DNA from: Candidatus Bathyarchaeota archaeon
Lineage (GTDB): Archaea > Thermoproteota > Bathyarchaeia > Bathyarchaeales > DTEX01
Assembly: GCA_963714275.1 (NCBI GenBank)
Contig: CAVQNT010000002.1
Location: 864,001 to 928,000 of the forward strand
Reading direction: 5' to 3'
Length of the DNA stretch: 64,000 nt
Below are positions 19,468-30,257 of the stretch, piece by piece (positions within the stretch are counted from its first letter, which is position 1; each line of letters opens with the position of its first letter). A program made the position numbers and the translations under genes. The notes under the pieces were generated by a model. It ran no database searches, was not told the origin of the DNA, and saw nothing but the letters and a program-made list of their open reading frames with translations.

Positions 19468-19947
19468 TCATCCGCCAGGCGAGCCATGGAACGGGACGCT
19501 TCTCCACATGACTTCGAACCATTCTTCATCGGTGATGGTTTCTCCTCGGACCAGAATCTCCAGAATCCGCTGCAAAAGCGCATGATGCCTTTTTTCGTCT
19601 TCAAGAATCGCGGTGAGGAGCAGCTTGACCTTTTCGTCTTTTAAGTTGGGGATTTGCTCGCCTATTTTTTCTATGAGAACCGCCTCTATCTGGATGTGTT
19701 TTTCGACGAGGGCTTTCTGGGTTTCGAGCTGTTTCTGCGTGAGAGCCTTCGGAGTTTTCGTTAAAAGGTTGATGGCTGAAGCGTACATCTGAGCGTGCTT
19801 CAACGAGTCCAGCGAAACGCCCTTTAAGGTTCCCTTTACAGCTGGGTTCTCAACGTCAACTAAGCCCTTGTTCAGCGAATCAACAATCCCGTTTTCAACC
19901 TTTATTTGTTCCTTAAGAAACTTCAGCAACATTTCTTTGGTGCTCAA
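19468..19947 (-). CDS. Ferritin/rubrerythrin-like four-helix-bundle protein
   Basis: Paired E...DSLKH and E...DEKRHH di-metal motifs. Confidence 0.75.
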   Translation of the reverse strand: MSTKEMLLKFLKEQIKVENGIVDSLNKGLVDVENPAVKGTLKGVSLDSLKHAQMYASAINLLTKTPKALTQKQLETQKALVEKHIQIEAVLIEKIGEQIPNLKDEKVKLLLTAILEDEKRHHALLQRILEILVRGETITDEEWFEVMWRSVPFHGSPGG

Positions 19948-20024
19948 AAAGTTAACCTCCTTTCTTGGACTTGATTTATTTTATGTTGTGTTAAAGACAA
20001 AAGGGTTTCGGAATTGTGGTGTTC

Positions 20025-21041
20025 TCAAATCTTCTGCATTAAAAGGGTGGTCTCGAACCTGTTGTGAGGTAGCCTTCTAACCCTAAAGTTTGCATACTGA
20101 GATCCAAGGATTTGGATTGCTTCTTCAACGTGCCTTTTCCTGTTTCTTGTTATGAACTTCACCGTCATGATTGCAAAACTACCTTTCTTCAAGCAAGAAG
20201 CAAAAGCAACCATTATCTTCGCGGATTCAGCGGGAGCAAGGTTCATGTCGTTCGTTACAAAGTCAAACAAACCTATGTCGTCTGGAATTTCCTCAGCCCT
20301 GCACCACAAGTGAACCACATTAGGTAGCCTTTCAACCTCGGACTCCAAAGCAGCTGGGTCAACCGCCACCACCTTTTTTGCTGAGTGAGCTAACACTTTT
20401 GTCCAACCACCAGGAGCCGCGCCGAGGTCTAGCACTTCGTAGTTTGGCTTAACCTCGACATTGAAGGTTCCGAGAGCTTCCTTGATTTTGTGTTCTGCGC
20501 GTGTGAACGGTCTTTCGCCCTTCGCGTATTTTCTGGAGACCCGTATCGGTTTAACGATAAGGTTTTCTGAATCTGTTAGTCCTAGGAAAGTGGTATTCTG
20601 AAAAATTTGGACAACCACAACTTTTTTCGGGTTCCGCAAATCCACCGTGGCTCCGGAGGTTTCTTCAAGTTTTAAGCCCAAGATCCGTTCGACGTCTTGG
20701 CTTGAAAAATTGTGAGTCCCCCGCCTCTGGCACCTGACCGCGAAACTGTCTTCAGGTTTAAGCTTCCCTTCCAACAACTCATAAAGTCTAAAGATGCTTT
20801 CTTTTTCGGGTGTAATCGCGACTTTCGCGTCAACGGGAAAAACTCGGCCAATGCAAAGGGTTTCGGAATCCTTTAACTTTTTTACTGCCTCTTCCTCTTT
20901 CAAAGAAAATTCGACCAGAAGGTTGCCCTTAAAGAATAGACTTCGGACCTTTGAGCCTGGAAGTATACCTTCAATTTCCCTTTTTGCTTCAAGCTCGAAA
21001 CCAGAAGGAACCGTGACGATGAACGAAATTCCCGTATTCAT
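20025..21041 (-). CDS. THUMP domain + FtsJ/RlmM-type RNA 2'-O-methyltransferase
   Basis: THUMP (FAVRCQRRG..FSS..VER.LG...VDLRNP), then LDLGAAPGGWT and K-D-K-E tetrad (EHK, NDMN, TVK, RFET). Confidence 0.8.
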   Translation of the reverse strand: MNTGISFIVTVPSGFELEAKREIEGILPGSKVRSLFFKGNLLVEFSLKEEEAVKKLKDSETLCIGRVFPVDAKVAITPEKESIFRLYELLEGKLKPEDSFAVRCQRRGTHNFSSQDVERILGLKLEETSGATVDLRNPKKVVVVQIFQNTTFLGLTDSENLIVKPIRVSRKYAKGERPFTRAEHKIKEALGTFNVEVKPNYEVLDLGAAPGGWTKVLAHSAKKVVAVDPAALESEVERLPNVVHLWCRAEEIPDDIGLFDFVTNDMNLAPAESAKIMVAFASCLKKGSFAIMTVKFITRNRKRHVEEAIQILGSQYANFRVRRLPHNRFETTLLMQKI

Positions 21042-21152
21042 TGGGCAACCTTCGTTTCATACTTCGTTATTTTATTTTCTGGACTGCTTCAACAACCCAA
21101 CCAATTATACAAAAAAACAAAGGAAAAAAGGACTTTGCGTAAACGTAGACTC

Positions 21153-21467
21153 TTAAGGCAGGATGATTTTTATCACTTGAACGGGGCACTGGGTTTCACA
21201 CGCGAGGCACTGTATGCATTCTTCTTGCCTTGCGGGAAAAGTCTTCTTGTCCGATTTGGGATGCCCAGGAGTGTTTCGCCACTCATAAAGCTGCACGGGG
21301 CAAACCTCAAGGCATATTCCGTGTCCTTCGCAGATATCCCAGTCTACAGCCACGTTGGTTCCTCTGATGCCCAGCTTTTTAGGAGGCTCCGTTGGTCCCC
21401 AGATTGCCACGCCTTCTTGTTCTCCGGTCTTTTTGCGGTTTTTCTGAAAATCAGAATCTATAGGCAA
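21153..21467 (-). CDS. Dicluster ferredoxin of the Sulfolobales Zfx type
   Basis: GPTEPPKKLGIRGTNVAVD, CEGHGIC..VCP, CIQCLACETQCP; TTG start with GGTGA RBS. Confidence 0.88.
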   Translation of the reverse strand: MPIDSDFQKNRKKTGEQEGVAIWGPTEPPKKLGIRGTNVAVDWDICEGHGICLEVCPVQLYEWRNTPGHPKSDKKTFPARQEECIQCLACETQCPVQVIKIILP

Positions 21468-21526
21468 ACGGTTCACCTAACAACATAATAGATACCTTGA
21501 AAATATTAACGTTTCTTTCTCAGACT

Positions 21527-22453
21527 CTAAGGCATCCTTTCCAACACTATGCGAAGTTGAGATTGCCTAGAATCTCTGAGAACGGTTATTTCAGTTTCTT
21601 CCCCGGGCTGTTTTTCTTTTAGCACGTTTTGAAGGTCCTCGATGCTGCCGATTTTTTGACTGTCCATTCCTAGTATGATGTCGCTTTTTTTCATTCCAGC
21701 CTTGCTCGAAGGGCTATCGGATTCGACGCCTACCACAAGCACTCCGCTTTCGACTGGCAATCTGTATTGCGCTGCAACCTCTCTGGTTATCGTGAACCCC
21801 GTTATACCGAGCCACGGTTTTTTAACACCGCCGTGAAGTAAAATGTCGTCCGTGAAAGCCTTGGCTGCGTTGATCGGGACAGCGAAGCCTATGCCTTGGG
21901 CAAACGGGATAATCGCCGTGTTGATCGCGATCACTTTTCCCTCAACGTCTATGAGCGGTCCTCCACTATTCCCCGGGTTAATCGCTGCGTCAGTTTGAAC
22001 CAAGCCTTCGAAGGCTCCTTGCTCCGAATTAATCGTTCGGTTCAAAGCGCTAATCACGCCCGAAGTGACGGTTGGTCCGCCAATAAGACCAAACGGATTC
22101 CCAATAGCGAACACTCTTTGCCCAACACGCAGTTTGTCCGAGTCTCCAAGCATCGCAGGAGTCAGGTTTTCGCCTTCGATTTTTATGACCGCAACATCCG
22201 TGCTTCTGGATGTCCCCGTAAGATGTCCTTGAAAAACGCGACCGTCACTTAATGTTACGGTGATTTCGCGGGCTTCTGCGATGACGTGGTTGTTTGTTAA
22301 AACGTAGCCTTCGTTGTCAATGATGAATCCTGAGCCCATCCCTTGAACTGGGACGACCCGGTAGAAAAGGTCGCGAAATATTCTTATCGTGTTCACGTTG
22401 ACGACACTTTGGCTTGCTTTTTCAATCAGGTCAACCATGTTTTTTTCGCTCAA
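21527..22453 (-). CDS. htrA: HtrA/DegP-like serine protease with PDZ domain
   Basis: GSGFII, TNNHV, DVAVIK, TDAAINPGNSGGPL, C-terminal PDZ. Confidence 0.92.
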   Translation of the reverse strand: MSEKNMVDLIEKASQSVVNVNTIRIFRDLFYRVVPVQGMGSGFIIDNEGYVLTNNHVIAEAREITVTLSDGRVFQGHLTGTSRSTDVAVIKIEGENLTPAMLGDSDKLRVGQRVFAIGNPFGLIGGPTVTSGVISALNRTINSEQGAFEGLVQTDAAINPGNSGGPLIDVEGKVIAINTAIIPFAQGIGFAVPINAAKAFTDDILLHGGVKKPWLGITGFTITREVAAQYRLPVESGVLVVGVESDSPSSKAGMKKSDIILGMDSQKIGSIEDLQNVLKEKQPGEETEITVLRDSRQSQLRIVLERMP

Positions 22454-22604
22454 TAGACAACGCCACCAAAGAGTAGGTAAATGATTAGTAGTCAAGTTTT
22501 AAACGCATATTTTAAGGATTATGCAAACACCATTAAAGCAATTTTAAAAACAGTTTTATTTCAGCAGCCCAATCATTATTTGAAGCTCTTTTGAAGGGAA
22601 AAAA

Positions 22605-24356
22605 ATGAAAGTTAATAAGCTGTCCTTTCTAATCGGCGGAGAAGCCGGTGCGGGAATCACACGTTCAGGCTTTCTTTTCGCTAAGACCTGCATGAGAACT
22701 GGGCTTAACGTCTTCGGAACCAACGACTACCAGTCTCTCATTAAAGGGGGACACAACTTCTACGTTGTTCAAGTGGACGCTGAGGAAGTTTTTTCGCAAA
22801 CTGACAAAATCGACCTTCTTTTGGCTTTAAACGCTGAGACTGTTATGCTTCACAAGGATGAATTAGTTTCAGGCGGAGGCATAATTTACGATCCCGATGA
22901 CATTTTGTTGAAACCCGAAAACCTTAACCGAGAAGACTTAATGCTCTATCCTGTTCCTTTAAAAAAGACCGTGTGGGAAGAACTGAAAGAAGACCCCATC
23001 ATGCGGAACGCTGTTGCCTTGGGAGCTGCCTTTGCCCTTTTACATTGCGACCTAGATTTGTTAGAAGAGGTTTTAAAAGGTACCTTTAAACCAGCAGTTG
23101 CAGAGTCGAACATGAAGGCTGCCAAGAAAGGGTACGACCATGTTCAGAATAATTTTGACGACAATTTTGAGTACAGACTTACAAAAATAGAATCTGCTGG
23201 TAAACGAAAAATCCTTCTAAGTGGGAACGAGGCAGTCGGGTTAGGAGCGTTAAAGGCGGGATGTAAATTTTTCGCAAGTTACCCGATGACGCCAACGACT
23301 GGGTTGCTTCATTTCATGGCTGAGAACGAAAGAAAAATGGAGATGCTCATTATTCAGCCTGAAGGTGAGATAGCAGCAATTAACATGGCTGCAGGTGCAG
23401 CTTTCGCAGGAGTCCGAGCGATGACCGCGACTTCTGGTGGTGGATTTTGCTTGATGGTTGAAGGCTTAGGCATGACTGGTATGACGGAGACTCCTGTGGT
23501 AATTATGGTTGGACAGAGACCGGGACCGAGCACAGGATTGCCGACATACTCAGCGCAGGGTGATTTGAGATTCGTCGTTCATGCGTCTCAAGGCGAATTT
23601 CCGAGGGTCGTTGTGGCTCCTGGCGATGTTGAGGAATGCTTCTATGAGACGATGCGTGCTTTCAACTGGGCTGAAAAGTACCAGATGCCTGTTATCGTGT
23701 TGACTGATAAGTACCTTGTTGAAAGCCAAGTGTCAATCGAATCCTTCGAGACCAGCCGCATGAAAATAGAAAGGGGCAACCTAATTACGGGGCAGTATCA
23801 AGGCACTGGAGAATACATGAAATACGAGCTCACCGAAACTGGTGTCTCTCCGAGGGCTCTGCCATCAACTAAAGGCGCGATTATACGAGCCAATGCTGAT
23901 GAGCATGATGAATTTGGTTTCACAAGCGAAGACCCGATGATGACGGTAAGCATGATTCAGAAAAGGCAGAAAAAACTTGTTTTCTTGGCAAAGGAACTCG
24001 AGGAAAAAAAGATCGAGACAACCAAGTTGTACGGTCCAGAAAAGGCAACAGCAACGATAGTTTCGTGGGGTGGAACAAAGGGTCCGATACGTGAAGCCTT
24101 AAAAATCCTTAAGCGTGATGGTGTCGTTGCCAATTATTTACAGATTATCTATTTACATCCCTTCCCGGTCGAAAGGGTAGAAAAAGTTCTAAACAACACG
24201 AGCAAGGCGATTGTTGTGGAACATAATAGAACCTCTCAGCTTTCAAGCCTCATCCGTGAATATTTACTTAGAGATGCGGATTATACAATTTTGAAGTATG
24301 ATGGGAGACCCTTCAGTCCCGCCTATTTAGTGGCTAAGGTAAAGGAGGTGCTGTGA
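22605..24356 (+). CDS. korA: 2-oxoacid:ferredoxin oxidoreductase alpha subunit (gamma-alpha fusion)
   Basis: GGEAGAG, YPMTP, EGEIAA, TSGGG, QRPGPSTGLPT. Confidence 0.92.
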   Translation: MKVNKLSFLIGGEAGAGITRSGFLFAKTCMRTGLNVFGTNDYQSLIKGGHNFYVVQVDAEEVFSQTDKIDLLLALNAETVMLHKDELVSGGGIIYDPDDILLKPENLNREDLMLYPVPLKKTVWEELKEDPIMRNAVALGAAFALLHCDLDLLEEVLKGTFKPAVAESNMKAAKKGYDHVQNNFDDNFEYRLTKIESAGKRKILLSGNEAVGLGALKAGCKFFASYPMTPTTGLLHFMAENERKMEMLIIQPEGEIAAINMAAGAAFAGVRAMTATSGGGFCLMVEGLGMTGMTETPVVIMVGQRPGPSTGLPTYSAQGDLRFVVHASQGEFPRVVVAPGDVEECFYETMRAFNWAEKYQMPVIVLTDKYLVESQVSIESFETSRMKIERGNLITGQYQGTGEYMKYELTETGVSPRALPSTKGAIIRANADEHDEFGFTSEDPMMTVSMIQKRQKKLVFLAKELEEKKIETTKLYGPEKATATIVSWGGTKGPIREALKILKRDGVVANYLQIIYLHPFPVERVEKVLNNTSKAIVVEHNRTSQLSSLIREYLLRDADYTILKYDGRPFSPAYLVAKVKEVL

Positions 24357-25218
24357 AAATGGTTACACTAAAGGATTTAGTTACGCCCATCAAAAGTAAC
24401 TGGTGCCCCGGTTGCGGAAATTATGGTATCCTAACAGCGATGAAAGGGGCTTTGGTGGAACTTGGCTTGGAAAGGGAGCAGGTTGCCTTCGTTTCAGGAA
24501 TAGGTTGTCACGGAAAGATGGTTAACTACGTGGACGTAAACGGTTTTCATGGCATACACGGCAGAGTTCTCCCAATAGCCACGGGCATAAAGCTCAGCTA
24601 ACCCCGAATTAACGGTTATAGGGTTCGCTGGGGACGCTGACCAATACGATGAGGGATGGGACCACTTCTGCCATGCGATGCGGAGAAACATCGACATGAC
24701 CCTGATTGTGCACGACAACCAGACCCTCGGTTTAACAACGGGACAGACAACAGCAACAAGCCTTCAAGGGTTTAAATCCAAATCGACGCCCTTTGGCTCG
24801 GTTACACCTCCATTGAATCCCATTGCCCACGCTCTTGTCAGCAACGGAACGTTCGTTGCCCGAGGCTTCGCGGGAGACCCAAGGCACCTTCAAAGTCTAA
24901 TTGTTGAAGCTGTTAGGCACAGAGGTTTCGGGTATATCGACGTTTTTCAGCCTTGTGTAACCTTCAATTACCTGAACACGTACCAGTGGTTCCGAGAAAG
25001 AGTCTACAAACTTGATGAACAAGGACATGACTACACTGACAGGCTGAAGGCTTTGGAAAAGAGACTTTGAATGGGGTGAACGGATACCAATCGGCATCTT
25101 CTATAAGGAAGAAAGGCTCACTTACCTCGATACTTTACCTCACATAAAGGGTAAATCGCTTGCGAAATTGCCTGTTGAGAACGTGGATGTAGCCGCCATC
25201 ATCGAAACCATGAAGTAA
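24353..25218 (+). CDS. korB: 2-oxoacid:ferredoxin oxidoreductase beta subunit, 2 apparent frameshifts
   Basis: WCPGCG, SGIGC, HGR, GDAD TPP motif, GLTTGQ, QPCVTFN, IPIGIFY. Confidence 0.9.
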
Positions 25219-25386
25219 CTATCAAATAAAAGCACAAAACAACAAGAAATTTTCTGAGCGATAAGAACATTGTTTTTTACAATTCATTTTAAGAATCGCT
25301 GAACTTTATTGAGGATTCTCTCAGTCTGCAACCGTATAAGTTAGATTCAAGTATTACTTGGCTGTATTAACTGCTGGTGTTTTCTG

Positions 25387-26169
25387 ATGGTGCCGAAAGT
25401 TGCGCTTGTGAAGACCAAAGGAAATGTGGCAGAAGCCTATCAGCAAGCTTTGAAGCTGATCGGCGGAAAAGATTTTTTGGATGCCCTAAATGTGACAATA
25501 AAGGTTGGATTATACGACAAGCGGAACACTAACTACCCCACGGTTCAAGTCGTTAATGCGGTAGTGGACTCGTTCGCTAATTCGAAAAGGGTTCTAATCG
25601 TTGAATCTGACAACCATAACGGAAAAGCCCTAGAACGGTTACAAGAGTGGAAAGAGGTTTTTTCGGACCGTGTGACACCTTTCAGCCTTTCAGACGACCC
25701 ACACATTCGTGAAGTAACGATTTGCGGAGAAAAAATCCGCTTTTCAAGCTCGCTTTTTAAGCCCAATTTCTTCGTCAGTCTCCACGTTCTGCGTAAAGGA
25801 AAGGCAGGCTGCATCTTCAAGAATCTTCTCGGCTTAATTCCTGACACAAGGAAAGAGCGTTTCCACGACAATCTAGGCGCCACCCTCATTGAAATGGCTG
25901 AAGCCATAGGGTGGATAGACCTTGCTGTGATAGATGGAACATACATTTTTGGAAGCGAATGGAAAGAAGGCTTGCCATTAAAGAGAGAACGAAGAGACCT
26001 TATCGTCGTAGGCAGAGACCCCGTGGCAGTCGAAACAGTCGGAAGCACACTCGCAGAGGAAGATCCGCTGGCTATCCCCGCCTTAGCCATAGCTCAAAAA
26101 AGAAAACTTGGAGAAACCGACATTAATCGGATCGAAATACTCGGAGAAAGCATTAACAACTTTCTTTAA
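25387..26169 (+). CDS. DUF362 domain protein
   Basis: VTIKV, IVESD, FKNLLGL, DLAVIDG, GRDPVAVE. Confidence 0.7.
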   Translation: MVPKVALVKTKGNVAEAYQQALKLIGGKDFLDALNVTIKVGLYDKRNTNYPTVQVVNAVVDSFANSKRVLIVESDNHNGKALERLQEWKEVFSDRVTPFSLSDDPHIREVTICGEKIRFSSSLFKPNFFVSLHVLRKGKAGCIFKNLLGLIPDTRKERFHDNLGATLIEMAEAIGWIDLAVIDGTYIFGSEWKEGLPLKRERRDLIVVGRDPVAVETVGSTLAEEDPLAIPALAIAQKRKLGETDINRIEILGESINNFL

Positions 26170-26180
26170 ACCAGACGGAC

Positions 26181-26358
26181 ATGAAGACTGATCAGCGTGA
26201 AGAACGAGTTCGACGTTGAAGAGATGATAAAACGCATAGACCGAGAGGTCAAAAAATACGAAGGGAAATTGTCTCCGAAGGACCGAAAAAAATATTCAGT
26301 ATTCTACCATAACAAAGACACCGTTGACTATGCAGAGTATGCCGTCTCAGCACATTGA
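26181..26358 (+). CDS. Small hypothetical protein (58 aa after repairing one AGACT>AGCT indel)
   Basis: MKLISVKNEFDVEEMIKRIDREVKKYEGKLSPKDRKKYSVFYHNKDTVDYAEYAVSAH; starts 11 nt after the DUF362 stop. Confidence 0.45.
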
Positions 26359-26495
26359 AAAATACGCTTCTATGGTTTTTGGAAGAGAAAGAACTAGAGT
26401 TTTAGCTTAATAGGCAGCGTTTGAACCGTAAAATAACGTTTATCGTGGACGAAAACCGTTATTAGAACTGTATTCAAATATTTAATCGGTTAGAA

Positions 26496-26711
26496 TTGAA
26501 AGTCGAAGATAACCGAAAAAATGAAGAAACGTGTAAGGATTTCTGCGGTAGCTGCCCAAGTTACCCCGGAACAGGCGAATGGCTCTTCTGCGCAAGATGG
26601 AAAAGCAAACAAAAGATAAAAAGAAACGGGTGCCTGTGCCCCGCTTGCCAAGTTTACATTGATTACGACCTTGAAGGCGATTACTTCTGCGACAAAGGTG
26701 CAGCCACATAA
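26496..26711 (+). CDS. DUF2769-like Cys-rich small protein
   Basis: C..FCGSCPSY...LFC...GCLCPACQV..Y.L..DYFC..G. Confidence 0.8.
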   Translation: MKVEDNRKNEETCKDFCGSCPSYPGTGEWLFCARWKSKQKIKRNGCLCPACQVYIDYDLEGDYFCDKGAAT

Positions 26712-26733
26712 CTTGTGGAAGCCAAAGGACAGA

Positions 26734-27117
26734 TTATTCTACAATGACCTGCTGCTCTCTTCCTTCCCAGACGCCATGCAAGTTGCAGTATCCGCGAGCT
26801 TTCAACGTCGCTGTTTCGTTCAAAGTTACGTTGATTGTGGAAACGTAGCTATCGCTCAGTTCAGGTGCGAACTCAATTCTTGAAATTAAACGTTCGCCAG
26901 TGTACAGCTCAACCCAATTTATCCAATGCCCCAATGTGTTCGGGTGCTCGATTCCGTCAATTCCGCCAACCTTGACTTTTACTGTGAAAGGCTCCTTCGC
27001 TTTGACCTTCGCTGGCGCTGCAATTACTGGTACGTGTTTTTTCGCTATGTCCGTTAGATTATTCCAGTCTTTAGGTCTGTTCAATTCAGTTAACGAAAAC
27101 TCTTTCACTTCACTCAA
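26734..27117 (-). CDS. sor: Superoxide reductase (neelaredoxin type)
   Basis: KKHVP, HPNTLGHWI.WVEL, YCNLHGVWE. Confidence 0.9.
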   Translation of the reverse strand: MSEVKEFSLTELNRPKDWNNLTDIAKKHVPVIAAPAKVKAKEPFTVKVKVGGIDGIEHPNTLGHWINWVELYTGERLISRIEFAPELSDSYVSTINVTLNETATLKARGYCNLHGVWEGREQQVIVE

Positions 27118-27369
27118 AATTCAACCCTCCTGAAAAAATTAGGGGATTCTGGTCTAATAAACATTTCATTCGTCCCTTTTTCAGATTGGTTTCCCAAACA
27201 TAAAGGCATATTGAGTAACAGCACCCCAAACGATTTACAGAATACTGAAGACCACGGTTATCAGAAGCTGCTGAATACGGTGGATGACAATTTCGATTCT
27301 AAAATTTTAAAAGGCAAGCATATATTCTGATTTATAATATAATTCTGAGACACTTCAGCTGGGTCAAGT

Positions 27370-27927
27370 ATGGTTTCAGAAAAATCCGACAGAGTCCTCA
27401 AAGCAATAGAAAAAGAGTCCGAAAGAAGTTACCTGCCCATAATCGGTCCTGAAAGAGGCAAGATTCTAGCTGAAATTGTTCGGAAAATTAACCCACAACG
27501 TGTATTGGAGGTCGGTGGTCTCGTTGGATACTCGACAATTTTGATGGGTAGAGAGCTCGAGAGCGGCGCGGAGATTGTTTCAATCGAAATCGACGAAGAC
27601 GAAGCAGAAGCTGCGAAACAAAACATACGTGACGCAGGCATCAAACCTGAGGTGCATGTTCTTGTAGGAGACGCTTCCGACTTGATTCCGAAAATCAACG
27701 GACTGCTCGACCTCGTGTTTTTGGACGCGGACAAGCACGAGTACCTTCGTCACCTGCAGCTTGTCGAAGGCAAGATCCACAAAGGCAGCACAATCGTCGC
27801 GGACAACGCTGGAATCGCCGCATACTCGATGAGCAACTATCTTAACTACGTGCGAAAATCGGGAAAATACGAAAGCCACTACTTCCCCGCGGGCAACGAT
27901 GGCTTAGAGGTCAGCACAAAACTTTAA
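27370..27927 (+). CDS. Class I SAM-dependent O-methyltransferase (TrmR/CCoAOMT-like)
   Basis: PIIGPE.G, LEVGGLVGYST, VFLDADK, VADN. Confidence 0.88.
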   Translation: MVSEKSDRVLKAIEKESERSYLPIIGPERGKILAEIVRKINPQRVLEVGGLVGYSTILMGRELESGAEIVSIEIDEDEAEAAKQNIRDAGIKPEVHVLVGDASDLIPKINGLLDLVFLDADKHEYLRHLQLVEGKIHKGSTIVADNAGIAAYSMSNYLNYVRKSGKYESHYFPAGNDGLEVSTKL

Positions 27928-28013
27928 CTTAACCAAACATCACAGATTATTCTTACAAAAACATTTTTCTGACTATACGTGTCGCAGATTGGGTTGAAAA
28001 TACTTGGGTTAAT

Positions 28014-29053
28014 TTATGTCTTTTTGGTTTCTTTCTTCGCGTTTCTTGGGAACCTGTGGCTTGTTTTTAATCCGAGCTTGACAAGCGAAAGCATCAGCGG
28101 AACCTCCATCAGCGGACCAATCACCGTTGCTAGGGCAGCTCCAGAGCCTATTCCGTAAAGTGTTGTTGCGACCGCGATGGCGACTTTGAAGTGGCTGCTT
28201 GACCCTATGAGGGTGGTGTCTATTGCAGTTTCATATGCCCAACCTGCAAAGTATCCGAGAAGGTAAGTCCACACAATCATGGTCGCATAATGCATCAAGT
28301 TCGGCGCAGCAAGGTAAGCGACTAAGACGGGATTGTTGAGGATGACTTCGCCCTCAAAAGAGAACAGAACAATCAAAGTCGTAAGCAAGGCAATGATGGA
28401 GATTTTTCCAACAATAGTTTGGTATGTTTCATTGAACCACTCTTCGCATTTCTTTTTTATTATTACTTTTCTAGAGACTGCGCCTGAAGCGACTGGCAAC
28501 GCAATGAAGGCTAAAACGCTGACCGCAATCAGGTCCATTGGCACGGGGATGCTACTTACGCCCAAGTAAAAGGTTGCAAACGGAGCATAAAGGAGCAACA
28601 TCAATAACGCGTTTATCGCGGTGTTTATCAGTCCCTGAGCCATGTCGCCTTTCGCGAGGAACATCCACCACATGACCATGGCTGTGCAGGGAGACAAACC
28701 GAGAAGAATCACGCCTGCAATGTACTGTGGATTTCCCACCAAGACAATATTTGCGTAAAGCATCATTAAAGGCGGATCTATCACCCAGTTAGCAATTATC
28801 GTGACAAGCAACGGTTTAGGCTTGGTAGCTGCTTTTTTTATGTCGCTGAACCGTATCCCCAGAACCGTAGGGTACATCATAAAAAAAGAAGAATGCCTAT
28901 TGGGATCGACACCTTACTAAATTTCAGCGAATCCATGAACTGCCCAAATTGCGGGATGAATCTGCCGACAAATAGACCAGCAACTATGCATAGGGCAATC
29001 CATAACGTCAAATATCTTTCGAAGACTCCGAGCTTAACCTTCCCGTCTGGCAC
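28014..29053 (-). CDS. acr3: Arsenite efflux pump Acr3, 1 frameshift in the T-run at 28881
   Basis: FERYLTLWIALC, MMYP, SPCTAMV, GPLMEVP; next to arsR and arsC. Confidence 0.92.
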
Positions 29054-29166
29054 CTTAAACTCCTCAGCAATCTCCGAAAATAAAGATTAATAGATTTAAA
29101 TTTTTCGATTTAAGACTTTTATAAAAGACAAATGGCTCCAAAGCACAAAATATTACAGAAAATAGA

Positions 29167-29592
29167 CTAGTGTCCATTTTGGCTTACGGAATTTAGAAAG
29201 GCAAATACTTGTTTGATGACTTTGTGGCTTGCAGCTCGATAGAAAGTCCACGTTCCTTCTTTGCGGTCTTTCAATAACCCGACATTCTTTAGGATGTTGA
29301 GGTGATGAGACACCGTCGGTTGAGTCATACATAAAGCCACAGTCAACTCGCAGACGCACATTTCCCTGAGACTGAGAAGCCACAACATTTTCAGCCTAGT
29401 CTCATCGCCTAGAGCTTTTAGTAAATTGCTTTGCCTTTCGAGAACGCTGGGAGCCACCGAATCCGTGGCTGTTTTTCTCAGTTCAGCCACGTACTCGTTC
29501 AGTCCCTTTGACGGAACTAGACCTGAACAAATCAACCTTTCAAGCCTTTTACTTGGTTTTGCAACCTGCTTTTCTGACTTCATATTCTTCAT
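29167..29592 (-). CDS. arsR: ArsR/SmtB transcriptional repressor
   Basis: KALGDETRL, EMCVCEL, QPTVSHHL..L. Confidence 0.9.
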   Translation of the reverse strand: MKNMKSEKQVAKPSKRLERLICSGLVPSKGLNEYVAELRKTATDSVAPSVLERQSNLLKALGDETRLKMLWLLSLREMCVCELTVALCMTQPTVSHHLNILKNVGLLKDRKEGTWTFYRAASHKVIKQVFAFLNSVSQNGH

Positions 29593-29737
29593 GCTGCCGA
29601 TGAGAACCTATTTACTGTTTATATAAAGACCGTGAAACAGGTTTAAGTATTTTGACTTTTCGATAATTTTTACGATCATCGGGACAATCGGAAAGCTAGT
29701 ATGGAACCTTTAATAAAGTAAAAGGGGGTAACGCGTT

Positions 29738-30136
29738 ATGAAGCACGTCCTTTTCGTATGCGTAGAAAATGCCTGTAGAAGCCAGATGGCCGAAGGATTC
29801 CTGAATGCTTTAGCTGGTAAAAAAGCAAGCGCCAAGAGTGCGGGTAACATGCCTGCGAAAACCGTTAATTCTTTAGCCATCCAAGTCATGAAGGAAGTTG
29901 GATTAGATATTTCTGATCATAAGCCTAAGATGATCATGGCGGAGATGGTTCAAGAAGCCGATAAGGTTGTTCTCATGGGTTGCAGCAGAAACTCTTGCCC
30001 GATTGTTCCGAAGGAGGTTGAAGACTGGCGGATAGAAGACCCAGCGGGGAAAGGCATAGAAAAGTTTCGAGAAGCCCGCGACACCATAAGGAAAAAGGTT
30101 GAGAAACTCATCGCGGAAGTTAACAAAGGCACATAA
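29738..30136 (+). CDS. arsC: Arsenate reductase, LMW-PTP type
   Basis: CVENACRSQMAE, MGC...CP, W.IEDP. Confidence 0.92.
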   Translation: MKHVLFVCVENACRSQMAEGFLNALAGKKASAKSAGNMPAKTVNSLAIQVMKEVGLDISDHKPKMIMAEMVQEADKVVLMGCSRNSCPIVPKEVEDWRIEDPAGKGIEKFREARDTIRKKVEKLIAEVNKGT

Positions 30137-30257
30137 AACCAGTTAGTAACCTTTTTTTTATTGCGATACTGAACCAAAAAAATCTAAAGATTTAACCAGC
30201 GCAAACACCAAAAAATAAGAACAAACAGAAAAATACGAAGCATTTGGGGGAAACAGG

